In this document: piece by piece, positions 38,338 to 48,603 of the stretch
Position numbering within the stretch: the stretch's first letter is position 1
How the letters are laid out: the number at the start of each line of letters is the position of its first letter
Source: Minisyncoccota bacterium
GTDB taxonomy: Bacteria; Patescibacteriota; Minisyncoccia; Phycocordibacterales; CAIZLB01
NCBI GenBank assembly: GCA_021734945.1
Contig: JAIPIA010000001.1
Coordinates: 4,465-68,464, forward strand
Direction of reading: 5' to 3'
DNA length: 64,000 nt
The notes under the pieces: model-generated
Database searches by the model: none
What the model saw: the letters and a program-made list of their open reading frames with translations, nothing else
What the model was told of the DNA's origin: nothing
Position numbers and translations under genes: made by a program

Positions 38338-38817
38338 TTATATAGAAAAATTAGTTATCGTTTTTAGCGCAAATAATCCGATCATAATTGCAAATATTCC
38401 CACTGCTAAAACTACAAACCAAAACCTCGCATAGTTGAACCACCAAACCTCGTTGGATTCTTGATCCAATATTTCATCGAAGATACCGCAGATCGTAGCA
38501 ATAAAAAGTGTCACACCAAGAATTGTTCCTCGGGTCGAAGCTGAAATATCATCAGAGATACTGTAGTACCAAGGAAATATAAATGTTGTCACCGATATGG
38601 ATATCGTGAAGAATAGAATTAAATAAATAATATTTCGTGCATATTTCAAATGCCAATTGGGGTGTTCCAGGTCTTTCGATAAGATTTCCTCAGCGTCATT
38701 GTAAGTATTAAAAAAAGCGAAGTTATCTAAAAATACTCTCTCAAGTAGGCTTTTGTGTCTAGGTTTTTCGTCATCATCCATAAAGTTTATTAATAATAGT
38801 ATAGCAAACAAAAACAC
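38338..38817 (-). CDS. hypothetical membrane protein
   Basis: 159 aa, 4 predicted TM helices. Confidence 0.45.
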   Translation of the reverse strand: MFLFAILLLINFMDDDEKPRHKSLLERVFLDNFAFFNTYNDAEEILSKDLEHPNWHLKYARNIIYLILFFTISISVTTFIFPWYYSISDDISASTRGTILGVTLFIATICGIFDEILDQESNEVWWFNYARFWFVVLAVGIFAIMIGLFALKTITNFSI

Positions 38818-38869
38818 CGCACATTTCTGTACGGTGTTTTATGTTTCAAATCTTTATCGAGTGAGATAC

Positions 38870-40360
38870 TTAAGCTTTGAAAGCTCCACGTCCAGCAAAC
38901 ACAGCTTTCTTTCCGAGCTGTTCTTCGATTCGGAGAAGTTCATTGTACTTAGCTACTCGGTCAGTTCGACAGAGTGAACCAGTCTTGATCTGTCCGCATC
39001 CAAGTCCTACTACAAAGTGAGCAATAGTTGTGTCTTCTGTCTCGCCAGATCGGTGAGAGATAACACATGTCATTTTTGCAGCATTAGCCATTTTGATAGC
39101 AGCAATAGTTTCAGTTACAGAACCAATCTGATTGAGCTTGATAAGAATAGAGTTACCAGCTTTTCGTTCAATACCAGTCTTAAGTCGGTCAATGTTTGTT
39201 ACGAAAAGATCATCTCCTACAATCTGAACTTTCTTTCCAGATGATTTTGTAAGCTGTTCATATCCAGCCCAGTCATCTTCTGAGAATCCATCTTCAATAG
39301 ATACGATAGGATACTTTGTAAGCCATTCTTCGTAGAATGCGACCATTTCAGGAGTTGAAAGAGTTCGGTTTTCACTTGTGAGTTCATATGTACCGTTCTT
39401 TGTTTCGCCAACTACACCATTTGCAACATCAGCAGTCACGCTGTCAGCTCCAGCTTTGTAAAGCTCAGTTGAAGCGGCGTCGATTGCAATAGCAATATCT
39501 TTTCCAGGAGCGTACCCAGCTTTTTCAATAGCTTCAAGAATAACTTTGAGAGCGTTCTCATTGTTTCCAAGTGATGGTGCATATCCACCTTCGTCACCAG
39601 TAGTTGTTCCAAGACCCTTGTCATGGAGAATTTTCTTCAACGCGTGGAACACTTCAGCACCCATTTGTAGTGCCTGTGCCCAACTCTTTGCACCAACTGG
39701 CATTACCATGAATTCCTGAAGGTCAGTAGATTTTTCAGCATGCTTTCCTCCGTTCAAGATGTTCATCATTGGAAGGGGAAGCGACATTGGCTTTCCAGTC
39801 TTTGCAATATCAGCGAAGTACTTATATAGAGGTTTCTTCTGTGACTTTGCAGCTGCGTGTGCGAATGCAAGTGAGATTCCAAGAATCGCGTTAGCACCAA
39901 GAACAGCTTTGTTGTGTGTTCCGTCGAGTTCTATCATTCGAGCGTCGAGAGTTTCCTGGTTGAATTGCTTTCCAACAAGAGCCTTTCGAAGTGGACCGTT
40001 TGCATTTGCAACAGCTTTGAGTACACCCTTTCCTCCGTATCGCTTCTTATCACCATCTCGAAGTTCGATTGCTTCGTATGAACCTGTAGATGCTCCTGAT
40101 GGAACAGCAGCTCGTCCAAATGATCCGTCTGCAAGAGTAACATCTACTTCAACAGTAGGGTTTCCTCGTGAGTCGAGAATTTCTCGTCCAACAATCGCTT
40201 TGATTTTTGGAAGAGCATTTTTAGGGATTGCTGGGGCTACGGCTTTTTTAGCTGATGTCACAGGCTTTGATGACTTAGCTGAAGGTCTTGCAACAGGTTT
40301 TACTGATGCCTTAATTGGAGCCTTTACACTAACTGTTTTCTTTACTGGTTTTGATGCCAT
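38870..40360 (-). CDS. eno: enolase (phosphopyruvate hydratase), with a ~55-aa K/A/P-rich N-terminal tail
   Basis: [36 protein letters not shown], and the enolase catalytic C-terminal domain. N-terminus [47 protein letters not shown]. Confidence 0.92.
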   Translation of the reverse strand: MASKPVKKTVSVKAPIKASVKPVARPSAKSSKPVTSAKKAVAPAIPKNALPKIKAIVGREILDSRGNPTVEVDVTLADGSFGRAAVPSGASTGSYEAIELRDGDKKRYGGKGVLKAVANANGPLRKALVGKQFNQETLDARMIELDGTHNKAVLGANAILGISLAFAHAAAKSQKKPLYKYFADIAKTGKPMSLPLPMMNILNGGKHAEKSTDLQEFMVMPVGAKSWAQALQMGAEVFHALKKILHDKGLGTTTGDEGGYAPSLGNNENALKVILEAIEKAGYAPGKDIAIAIDAASTELYKAGADSVTADVANGVVGETKNGTYELTSENRTLSTPEMVAFYEEWLTKYPIVSIEDGFSEDDWAGYEQLTKSSGKKVQIVGDDLFVTNIDRLKTGIERKAGNSILIKLNQIGSVTETIAAIKMANAAKMTCVISHRSGETEDTTIAHFVVGLGCGQIKTGSLCRTDRVAKYNELLRIEEQLGKKAVFAGRGAFKA

Positions 40361-40603
40361 AGATTTCGGTTTTTAGATCTGAAAGATCTGAATTTTTATT
40401 AAAATTTATATTAATTTAGACGAGGGGTATTGTAACATATTTAAGAAACTTGTGGATAACGTAGTGATTTTAAGTGTACTAAAAATGAGGTAAAAAATAC
40501 CTATAATTATAGCCTTAGAATTGATGTGAAATTTAGAACTTTTTGAGCGAAAATTTAACCAAAATCAGTAGACTAAGGAAGATTTAATTATTAGAATATT
40601 TTT

Positions 40604-40780
40604 ATGAAGAAAAATAAAAATAATTTTGAAGAATTGTTTAAAAAACGTAGAAAGGAAGCAGATTTGCGCATGAAAGAAATGAGGGCAGACACAAAAAGAT
40701 TTGTTGCAAAAATAAATGAGATTTTACTTAGAAATAAAATTAGGAGAGAAGCTGGTGAAGAAAGAATTATTGAATATTAA
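40604..40780 (+). CDS. possible small basic protein (58 aa)
   Basis: MKKNKNNFEELFKKRRKEADLRMKEMRADTKRFVAKINEILLRNKIRREAGEERIIEY. Below the ORF-track cutoff, upstream of dus. Confidence 0.25.
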   Translation: MKKNKNNFEELFKKRRKEADLRMKEMRADTKRFVAKINEILLRNKIRREAGEERIIEY

Positions 40781-40829
40781 ACGTGGCTTGAATCAAAAGT
40801 ACTCTTAGCGTAGACTGAACACACTATAT

Positions 40830-42044
40830 ATGTCGTTTAGCTGGCTCAAAAATTCGCTTGCAAAAATAGCTTCAAAAATGTCTAAATCTGGATCGCCTGT
40901 AAAAAGCGACCCTGTCTTTTTAGGTTTTTGGAAAGATATCGACGCTCGCGCGAAAGCACAAAACCGACCACTCTATGTGCTTGCACCAATGGCAGACGTA
41001 ACTGATTGTGCATTTCGAAAAATGATAAACAAGTACGGCAAACCTGATGTGACTTGGACAGAGTTTGTGTCAGCTGATGGGCTTATGCGAGCAACTCCTG
41101 AAGGTAAGTCAAAGCTTATGCGCGATTTACTTTTTAATGTGAAAAATGAAAGTGGGGAATTTGTGGATGAAAGACCTATTGTTGCTCAACTTTTTTCATC
41201 AAATGCTCAATATATGAGAGAGGCTTGTAAGCTGGTAGCAAATCTTGGGTACGACGGGATTGATATAAATATGGGATGTCCTGATAAAGGAATCGAGAAG
41301 CAGGGTTGTGGAAGTGCAATGATAAAGACGCCAAAGAAAGCTCAAGAGATTATTCGTGCTGCAAAAGAGGGAGCTGTGCGAGATGATGGGACGCGCATTC
41401 CTGTAACAGTAAAGACTCGTATTGGTTATAACAAAAATGAACTTGAGACATGGTTGCCTGCACTTCTTGAAGCTGGTCCTGCTGCTATTACACTGCATGC
41501 ACGTACTCGAAAAGAAATGTCAAAAGTGCCAGCACAATGGGAACACCTGAAACGAGCAGTTGAAATACGTGATGAATTTTTTGCAAAAAAGATAGCGTCT
41601 GAAAAAGGTAAGGGAAATGACGCAAAAAAAGTTGACAGTACAAGGCAACAAAAAACTTTAATACTTGGAAATGGTGATGTGCTTTCAATACAAGATGGAT
41701 ATGAAAAATGTAAAGAAACTGGTGCTGATGGTGCAATGATTGGACGAGCTATTTTTGGTAATCCTTGGTTGTTTCGAAATTTAAATGGTGAAGATGCGGA
41801 CGTCGGTGCACCGGGTCCATCTTACATTCCAACTTTGCAAGAAAAACTTCTAACAATGGTTGAACATACAAAAGAATTTGAAAAGTATTTGGGTGATATT
41901 AAAAATTTCGCAATTATGAAAAAGCATTACAAAGCGTATGTGAATGGGTTTGATGGGGCGAAAGAATTACGAATGGAATTAATGGAAAAAGCATTTAATG
42001 CAGAGGTAGTGGAGGGGATAGTTAAGGATTTTTTGTCGAAATAA
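40830..42044 (+). CDS. dus: tRNA-dihydrouridine synthase (Dus family)
   Basis: LAPMADVTDCAFR, DINMGCP, PVTVKTRIG. FMN-binding TIM-barrel signatures. Confidence 0.85.
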   Translation: MSFSWLKNSLAKIASKMSKSGSPVKSDPVFLGFWKDIDARAKAQNRPLYVLAPMADVTDCAFRKMINKYGKPDVTWTEFVSADGLMRATPEGKSKLMRDLLFNVKNESGEFVDERPIVAQLFSSNAQYMREACKLVANLGYDGIDINMGCPDKGIEKQGCGSAMIKTPKKAQEIIRAAKEGAVRDDGTRIPVTVKTRIGYNKNELETWLPALLEAGPAAITLHARTRKEMSKVPAQWEHLKRAVEIRDEFFAKKIASEKGKGNDAKKVDSTRQQKTLILGNGDVLSIQDGYEKCKETGADGAMIGRAIFGNPWLFRNLNGEDADVGAPGPSYIPTLQEKLLTMVEHTKEFEKYLGDIKNFAIMKKHYKAYVNGFDGAKELRMELMEKAFNAEVVEGIVKDFLSK

Positions 42045-42165
42045 AAACTAATAGCGTCAGACTGGTGAGAGTCTAACGCTAGATAGGTGTGTTGATCCGA
42101 AAACCAACCGTTGAGTGCCGTAGTCTGCGTGTCGCTTATCGCATTTTGCAGCCCTAGAGTGAGAG

Positions 42166-42798
42166 TCAATTCATGATGTTGTCCCATAAGTACTTAACCC
42201 GTCGGGTGAAGCTGGATTTGTTCCAGATACTTGTGGAATTTTTTTTGCCATCTTTACCATGTTCAATGGGTTCCTCATTCCACTTTCGTGTTATTGGATT
42301 CCATATATAGTGGAGGCTGAATCGAACTCGATCAGAGAGCTCGTTACATTGCATCAAGTAAAATGCTCTGCCAGTATTTTCATAGAGGATCGCGCAGCTT
42401 TCTGCGAACTCTCCGTCAAGCCATTGGATGCGTGCGTACCCGTCTTCATCCGATGCTACCTTCGTCGATGCTATTGCGAGTACAGTCAAGGATGCATATT
42501 CACGAACAAGGTATGGAGGTAAAAACCATAGTGCAAGTTTGAGAATATACTTGTATCTGACTCGACAGATGAGCAATCGCTCGCTGTCGGCGGAAAGGTT
42601 GATGCCTTCTTCTCCAAATTTAATTGACGGATTTTTCAAGTCCGCCGATTCCGGAAAAACGCAGTGCTCACTGTTTACCAGGAGTCTTTTGAGGAACTCG
42701 TGGAGGGTGATTGCTTTAACCTTGTTGAGCAGCTTTTTCCTTTTGTCAGGCCACTTAGGTGGTCTCCAGAGTATTAGTCTGGATGATGTCTTTTTCAT
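42166..42798 (-). CDS. hypothetical protein
   Basis: 210-aa ORF. No recognised motifs. Lies at the edge of a GC-rich intergenic block. Confidence 0.35.
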   Translation of the reverse strand: MKKTSSRLILWRPPKWPDKRKKLLNKVKAITLHEFLKRLLVNSEHCVFPESADLKNPSIKFGEEGINLSADSERLLICRVRYKYILKLALWFLPPYLVREYASLTVLAIASTKVASDEDGYARIQWLDGEFAESCAILYENTGRAFYLMQCNELSDRVRFSLHYIWNPITRKWNEEPIEHGKDGKKNSTSIWNKSSFTRRVKYLWDNIMN

Positions 42799-43449
42799 GG
42801 GGAAGCGGTTGGTTGGGGAGTTTGGTTGTATTTAATTTTCAAAAATCTGGAATAGGGGATGTCGTTTGGGGTCTCCGACGGCCATATTGCTAATATGTCC
42901 CTTAGTCGCGCTGAATCGCGTGGAGGTATTAGACCATAATATAGAATGATAGTCTATGGATGATTTTTTATTAAAATTATTTAAAAACATGGAGAGTCTG
43001 CAGGGTATTGACAGGCTTGGAATAATTAGTAATATTATTTTTAGTCCATGGACGCAAAGTCTCTCACAAGAGAACCTTACCGCAAGGTGAGTGCGAGCCC
43101 ATGGAAACATGGACTCTTTTGCTGAAGTGGCAACAAACCACAAACGCTACCACAACAAACAGAGGATAAATACCATGAAGAGCACCTTCCAAAAGTTCAC
43201 CGCCAAGGTTTCGGCATTCTTCGCCTGCTTCGCCGCCGAAACCAAGGTTGGCACTGCCTAGTCCTGGACGCCGTCTTCACGGCATCCAGGCGCCATAATC
43301 TAAAAGCATAAAATAGCTAGTACATGTACAAAAACGTCGCTTTCTATCCCACAAGAAACCGGTCATTGTACCTTCTCCTTGTCTCGGACTGACGACATCA
43401 AGTAAGTCATGTATGTGCGCCCCAACGAGCTCTACGAAAGTATCTCACT

Positions 43450-43490
43450 GGACCCCTCTCACGCTCTGCGCGAGGGGTCCTTTTATTTTT
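43450..43490 (+). terminator. strong Rho-independent terminator (plus strand) ending a GC-rich ORF-poor segment upstream of dnaX
   Basis: ggacccctc-tcacgctctgcgc-gaggggtcc followed by ttttattttt. Confidence 0.7.
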
Positions 43491-43608
43491 GTATATTTTG
43501 TAATATTTCAAGATTTTCGAACACTTTAGATAAACCTCTTTATCTTTTCATTTCTCATAAACTTTACTCTCTCGCCCATATCACTCCTCTGATATATAAT
43601 GTCCTCAT

Positions 43609-44778
43609 ATGACATCTACAAATCACGCATCTAACGGCGGTGCCACACACTCATCAACAGGACAGACTTCATCACCTGCAAAACCCCACCTTTCTTTATA
43701 CAGAAAATATCGACCGCATACATTTGCTGATGTTGTTGGACAGTCCCATATTGTGGACGTACTCAAACAGTCTGTTGAAAAGGGAACTGTTGGGCATGCA
43801 TATCTTTTTTGTGGATCACGTGGAACTGGTAAGACATCTATTGCACGTATCTTTGCGCGAGCACTTGGTACGACTATAAACGACTTGTATGAAATTGATG
43901 CCGCATCAAATACAAGTGTTGATGATATTCGAGAACTTTCTGAAGCGGTACATACAGTGCCACTTGAATCAAAATACAAAGTATACATTTTGGACGAAGT
44001 CCACATGCTTTCAAAAGCGGCGTTTAACGCATTTCTCAAAACACTTGAAGAACCACCAAAGCATGTCATCTTTATTCTCGCTACAACTGAAACAGAAAAA
44101 CTTCCAGATACAATAGTGTCACGATGTGAGGTGTACAATTTCAAAAAACCAACAGCTGAAATGTTGAAGAGTCATGTACTTGATATTGCACAAAAAGAGG
44201 GAGCTGAAATTGAAACATCTGCAGCAGAACTTGTTGCATTACTTGGTGATGGATCTTTCCGAGACACACTCAGTACATTACAAAAAGTGTTGAGCTATAC
44301 AGGTACAGATAGTAATGCTACACATGGTTCAACTGATGGTGCCAGTGGTACGAAAAAAAGTGCAACAATAACTCTCGAACAAGTTGAACAAATTACAGGT
44401 GCACCAAAAGCAGTTGTGGTTTCTGATTTTGTAAAAGGTCTTGTACTCAAAGATGCCAGTCTTGCATTAACTGCGCTCGGTACAGCCGGACGAGAAAATC
44501 TCGATATGAAAGTATTTGCAAAGCTTGCTATGACGAGACTACGATACATGCTCATGCGAACAATTGCAGAAAAAGAGGCGAGCGTGCTTGCAAGTGATTT
44601 GTCTGCTGGTGATGTAGTTATGTTTAATGATTTGGCGAAACAGGTAACAGGTCAGCAGATTGCAGGAGTGCTCAAACGAATGCTTGAGGTATATCACTCA
44701 ATAGGTAAAACATATGTACAGAGTTTGCCACTTGAGCTTGTGGTTGGGGAGGTTGTAGGTTCAGCTGTGGGGAAGTAG
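43609..44778 (+). CDS. dnaX: DNA polymerase III subunit gamma/tau (short form)
   Basis: YRPHTFADVVGQSHIV, Walker A GSRGTGKTS, Walker B YILDEVHMLS, sensor-1 ILATTE, SRCEVYNF. Confidence 0.88.
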   Translation: MTSTNHASNGGATHSSTGQTSSPAKPHLSLYRKYRPHTFADVVGQSHIVDVLKQSVEKGTVGHAYLFCGSRGTGKTSIARIFARALGTTINDLYEIDAASNTSVDDIRELSEAVHTVPLESKYKVYILDEVHMLSKAAFNAFLKTLEEPPKHVIFILATTETEKLPDTIVSRCEVYNFKKPTAEMLKSHVLDIAQKEGAEIETSAAELVALLGDGSFRDTLSTLQKVLSYTGTDSNATHGSTDGASGTKKSATITLEQVEQITGAPKAVVVSDFVKGLVLKDASLALTALGTAGRENLDMKVFAKLAMTRLRYMLMRTIAEKEASVLASDLSAGDVVMFNDLAKQVTGQQIAGVLKRMLEVYHSIGKTYVQSLPLELVVGEVVGSAVGK

Positions 44779-44910
44779 ATTGTCGGTCGCGAGGTCTAGT
44801 CTTTGTAGCCTTAAAGCAGTTTTTGAAAATTGATTTACCCCTATAAAAATGGTAATCTAATCGCACGTTTATATAGGCAAATGTAGCAAATGGCTACAGT
44901 AAACAAATAT

Positions 44911-44981
44911 TGGGAGATCGTCTAATGGTAGGACAACAGATTTTGGTTCTGTTTATCTAGGTTCGAGTCCTAGTCTCCCAG
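44911..44981 (+). tRNA. tRNA-Gln (anticodon TTG)
   Basis: Hand-folded. Acceptor TGGGAGA/TCTCCCA, D arm GTCT-AATGGTA-GGAC, anticodon arm ACAGA-TTTTGGT-TCTGT (U33, TTG, G37), T arm CTAGG-TTCGAGT-CCTAG, discriminator G. Confidence 0.75.
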
Positions 44982-45123
44982 CAATCATGTGAGCCCGACC
45001 GAGACGGCTAAAATCGCCGTTTAGGTCAGTAAGTTTTGAAGACCAGTCATGGTCTCGAACTTTCACAAATCACACGATACTATTCCGTCCATTGCATACA
45101 CAGCTCCGTGCAGTATCCAGAAC

Positions 45124-45157
45124 AAAAAATCACCTTACTAAAAAGGTGATTTTTTGT
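45124..45157. terminator. bidirectional Rho-independent terminator
   Basis: atcacctt-actaaa-aaggtgat flanked by A6 and T5. Confidence 0.55.
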
Positions 45158-45161
45158 TAAA

Positions 45162-45578
45162 ATGAAATCCTACCCTCTTATGTCCATAAAGATTCCTAAA
45201 ATAATAATTTTCAGTGTCATCACGTTTACTCTCTACGTGATTCTTTTTGGATTTTCTCAGTTCGGAATGGGTGCAAATGGACAAGCTGTAAACTGTCCAT
45301 TTTCTGGTCATTCAATGTCTATTTGCAATATGAATATCACTGAGCATATTCAAGAATGGCAGGCAATGTTCACCACACTGCCATCAAAGGATGCCATCGC
45401 TATTCTTTTTGCACTATTCCTTTTTGTTGCTTTGCAAAAATTGACTCCATGGAAGACCTTCTCATTTCCTGAAATAAAAAAGGTACACACCTACTTTTTA
45501 CCTAAAGACCGTTTTCACATATTTGACCCGCTTAAAGATGCTTTTTCAAGAGGTATTCTAAATCCCAAACTTTTTTAA
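45162..45578 (+). CDS. hypothetical membrane protein with Cys/His-rich periplasmic segment (possible metal binding)
   Basis: 138 aa. Two TM helices. CPFSGHSMSICNMNITEH between them. Heads the metal/disulfide gene cluster. Confidence 0.4.
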   Translation: MKSYPLMSIKIPKIIIFSVITFTLYVILFGFSQFGMGANGQAVNCPFSGHSMSICNMNITEHIQEWQAMFTTLPSKDAIAILFALFLFVALQKLTPWKTFSFPEIKKVHTYFLPKDRFHIFDPLKDAFSRGILNPKLF

Positions 45579-45652
45579 GTTTTTATTTTGTTGAAAACAC
45601 GCCTGTTGCGTGTTTGGTTTGTCATTATTAAGTCTAATTTTTAACATCACGC

Positions 45653-46024
45653 ATGAACAAAAATATTATAATAGTTGGTCTCGTCGCACTGATACTTGGT
45701 ACAGGTATTGGATACATGATTAACTCTGTCAAACACGGCTCGCATGATAAGAGTAGTTATCATGACACCAAAGCTCCTGCAACTATGGAACACACGATGT
45801 CTGGGATGACAGCAAGCCTTAATGGAAAAACAGGTGAAGCTCTTGAAATAGCTTTTCTTGAGGGAATGATTACACATCATGAAGGTGCTGTTGCTATGGC
45901 AAAGGAGCTTAAGGCTGGCACAAAGCGTCCAGAACTTCAGAAAATGGCAGACGACATTATCAATGCTCAAACTTCAGAGATAACTACGATGAAGGGATGG
46001 CTTAATCAATGGTTTGGAAGATAA
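45653..46024 (+). CDS. DUF305-family protein (four-helix metal-associated periplasmic protein)
   Basis: Signal anchor, then LEIAFLEGMITHHEGAVAMAKE...MADDIINAQTSEI, the characteristic DUF305 His motif. Confidence 0.7.
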   Translation: MNKNIIIVGLVALILGTGIGYMINSVKHGSHDKSSYHDTKAPATMEHTMSGMTASLNGKTGEALEIAFLEGMITHHEGAVAMAKELKAGTKRPELQKMADDIINAQTSEITTMKGWLNQWFGR

Positions 46025-46029
46025 ATATT

Positions 46030-46752
46030 ATGGAAGAAAAAACACAAACAACTCAAAAAAATAATCTTGCAATGCCGATTGCTGTAGTGATTGCCGGAGC
46101 ACTCATCGCTGGTGCGGTTCTCTATGGTGGAGGCAAAACACCTACTGCTGGTCAGCCACAACAACAGGTAGCACAAAAGCAAACAGGTGATCTTGAAAAG
46201 ATGACGCCAGTTTCATCTAAAGACCACATCCGAGGTGACATAAATGCTCCTGTGAAAGTTGTTGAATATTCTGATACTGAATGTCCGTTCTGTAAGAGAT
46301 TCCAAACAAGCATGAATGAGGTAATGGATACGTATGGTAAAGAAGGGAAAGTAGCTTGGGTGTATCGACATTTTCCAATTGACCAGCTTCACTCAAAAGC
46401 ACGAAAAGAAGCTGTTGCTATGGAGTGTGCCAATGAATTAGGAGGAAATGACAAGTTCTGGGAGTATGCAGACCGTTTGTATGAAGTGACTCCTGCAAAC
46501 AACGGACTGGATTTAGCTGAACTTCCAAAGATTGCGGAATATGTCGGATTAGATAAGGCAAAATTTAGCACTTGTCTTGCAAGCACGAGATATGACAAAC
46601 ACATCCAAGATGAAGTAGAGAACGCACAGGCAACAGGTGGCAATGGAACGCCGTGGAGTATCGTGGTCGGAAAGGATGGTAAGAAATATCCTCTCTCTGG
46701 TGCACAGCCGATATCTGCTATTAAGCAACTTATTGACCTCGCATCTAAATAG
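46030..46752 (+). CDS. DsbA-family thiol:disulfide oxidoreductase (paralog 2)
   Basis: CPFC active site (VKVVEYSDTECPFCKRF). AWVYRHFPIDQLHSKARKEA...ECANELGG is nearly identical in pattern to 27238..27981. Confidence 0.75.
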   Translation: MEEKTQTTQKNNLAMPIAVVIAGALIAGAVLYGGGKTPTAGQPQQQVAQKQTGDLEKMTPVSSKDHIRGDINAPVKVVEYSDTECPFCKRFQTSMNEVMDTYGKEGKVAWVYRHFPIDQLHSKARKEAVAMECANELGGNDKFWEYADRLYEVTPANNGLDLAELPKIAEYVGLDKAKFSTCLASTRYDKHIQDEVENAQATGGNGTPWSIVVGKDGKKYPLSGAQPISAIKQLIDLASK

Positions 46753-46754
46753 CC

Positions 46755-47300
46755 ATGATTCTCAATGCTTTACAAACAGTATTTCGGAAACCTGCCTACG
46801 GGATTCTTGCACTTTTCGTAAGTGCGTCGGCGTTTGTTCTTGCCGTATGGCTCTCAAACATCCGACTGGTTGCGGGCGTAGTCATTTCACCCGATGTTCC
46901 TTTGTTAAGTAAGATTGAATTACCACTGAGTCTCTTGGGTTCGATTGGAACTAATTTCACATTGTTGTCCGCCTCTTACACGGTCTTAATCTCGATTCTT
47001 TTTGGAATATATATCGCAATGATGACATATTTCCTTAAACGTCGAATCAAGGATGTTGCTCAAGGAGGAATCGCTACGGGATTCTTGGGTGTAGTAAGCG
47101 GAGTCTTGGGTGTTGGATGCGCCGCTTGCGGTTCGTTTCTCCTCACAAGCCTTACGCTGTTCGGTGCAGGAGGAGTGCTGACATTCCTACCGCTCGGTGG
47201 AAGTGAATTTGGAATCATTGGAGTAATCTTGCTTGGTCTTGCCGTCTATATGACTGCAAAGAAAATTCAAGACCCTCAGGTATGTAACATTCAGAATTAA
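46755..47300 (+). CDS. hypothetical polytopic membrane protein with an intramembrane CxxC (GCAACGS); candidate redox partner
   Basis: 181 aa, 4-5 TM helices. Cys pair inside a hydrophobic segment. Sits between dsbA and dsbB. Confidence 0.45.
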   Translation: MILNALQTVFRKPAYGILALFVSASAFVLAVWLSNIRLVAGVVISPDVPLLSKIELPLSLLGSIGTNFTLLSASYTVLISILFGIYIAMMTYFLKRRIKDVAQGGIATGFLGVVSGVLGVGCAACGSFLLTSLTLFGAGGVLTFLPLGGSEFGIIGVILLGLAVYMTAKKIQDPQVCNIQN

Positions 47301-47305
47301 AAGTT

Positions 47306-47749
47306 ATGAAAAAATTAATTAACAAAATATCTGTCGAAACGATTCACTACGCAATCCTGCTTCAGGCGGGTATTGCAATGGCTGGAAGCCTATTCTTCAG
47401 CGAGGTAATGGCTTTACCGCCGTGCGTGCTGTGCTGGTATCAGCGTATCGCCATGTATCCGATAGTGATACTGACAACCATCGGAATTATCCGAAACGAT
47501 AGAAAGACATACATCTCAGTCCTCGCACTCGCTATTCCTGGTCTTCTAATATCGATCTATCATAATCTCCTATATTGGAAAATACTTCCAGAAAGTGTTG
47601 CTCCGTGTACGCTTGGAATATCTTGCACAACGAAGTTCTTTGAGTGGTTTGGATTTATAACCATTCCATTTATGGCACTTATGGCGTTCACTATTATTAC
47701 GATACTTGGACTTATTAGCTTAAAGAAAAATACATATGAAAAATCTTAA
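47306..47749 (+). CDS. dsbB: disulfide bond formation protein B (DsbB/BdbC family)
   Basis: 147 aa, 4 TM helices. First periplasmic loop carries PPCVLCWYQR (CxxC). Second Cys pair CTLGISC. Confidence 0.75.
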   Translation: MKKLINKISVETIHYAILLQAGIAMAGSLFFSEVMALPPCVLCWYQRIAMYPIVILTTIGIIRNDRKTYISVLALAIPGLLISIYHNLLYWKILPESVAPCTLGISCTTKFFEWFGFITIPFMALMAFTIITILGLISLKKNTYEKS

Positions 47750-48389
47750 AATTATTATCGGTATATTCGCACTTATCGTCGTTGTCTTTCTGATTGCAAA
47801 AGGAGGCTACAAAAAGTCTGAAGACACGGCGGAACGAGCAAACATCACTCAGTCTTCCGCACTTGAAATCAGAGCAAATGACTGGGTGTTGGGAACGAGT
47901 ACTGCAAAGGTCACCATCGTCGAGTATCTAGACTTCGAGTGTGAAGCTTGTGGTGCGTATTACCCAATTATTACAAAGATCAAAGAGGAGTACAAGGACG
48001 ATGTGCGACTTGTCATCCGATACTTCCCATTGCCAGGACACAAAAATTCTAGAACTGCGGCGCACGCAGTCGAATCAGCTGGAAAGCAAGGAAAGTTCTT
48101 CGAAATGTACAACATCCTATTTGCCAAGCAGTCTGAGTGGGGCGAACAGCAAATGGCAAATCAAGACCAGTTTGAGAAATATGCTCTGGAAGCTGGTGTG
48201 AATATTGAACAGTGGAAAAAGGATGTGACGAGTGATGAGGTGAAGAATCGAGTTGAAGAGAGCTACAAAGAAGCAGTGAGTCTCAATCTACAAGGGACAC
48301 CCTCATTCTTTCTCAATGGAAAGAGAATTCAAAATCCACAAGGGTATGAAGCCTTCAAGAAATTAATCGAAGATGCACTTAAAAATTAA
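47736..48389 (+). CDS. DsbA-family thiol:disulfide oxidoreductase (paralog 3, CEAC active site)
   Basis: VTIVEYLDFECEACGAYYP, thioredoxin fold. Translationally coupled to dsbB by a 14-nt overlap. Confidence 0.75.
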   Translation: MKNLKIIIGIFALIVVVFLIAKGGYKKSEDTAERANITQSSALEIRANDWVLGTSTAKVTIVEYLDFECEACGAYYPIITKIKEEYKDDVRLVIRYFPLPGHKNSRTAAHAVESAGKQGKFFEMYNILFAKQSEWGEQQMANQDQFEKYALEAGVNIEQWKKDVTSDEVKNRVEESYKEAVSLNLQGTPSFFLNGKRIQNPQGYEAFKKLIEDALKN

Positions 48390-48413
48390 TTACTAAATAA
48401 AATACATAAAACC

Positions 48414-48602
48414 ATGAATATCAAAGCGTCAATACAGGCACTAAAAGACCATGCCAAAGAAGAGGTCAGAATCCATAGAGAAATTATCAAGGAAACCAAA
48501 GGAGATGGAAAGCATTTGGTCAAAAAGCATCTTGCTGACACCGTAGAAATTCACAAGAAATTTTGGAAGGAGCTAAAGGAATCCCTTAAAAGTAAAAAAT
48601 AA
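48414..48602 (+). CDS. hypothetical small helical protein (62 aa)
   Basis: K/E-rich, no Cys. Immediately upstream of the P-type ATPase gene, 1-nt spacing. Confidence 0.35.
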   Translation: MNIKASIQALKDHAKEEVRIHREIIKETKGDGKHLVKKHLADTVEIHKKFWKELKESLKSKK

Positions 48603-48603
48603 T

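Noticed and set aside
42832-43143. 103-aa minus-strand ORF in the GC-rich block upstream of dnaX
   Set aside because: It has no motifs and lies in a segment better explained as a structured RNA. It is also convergent and overlapping with the adjacent gene end.
43182-43271. 29-codon GC-rich sORF (MKSTFQKFTAKVSAFFACFAAETKVGTA) followed by a hairpin
   Set aside because: It could be a leader peptide or small hydrophobic peptide. It is too short to support without conservation, so it is kept only as part of the ncRNA-candidate finding.
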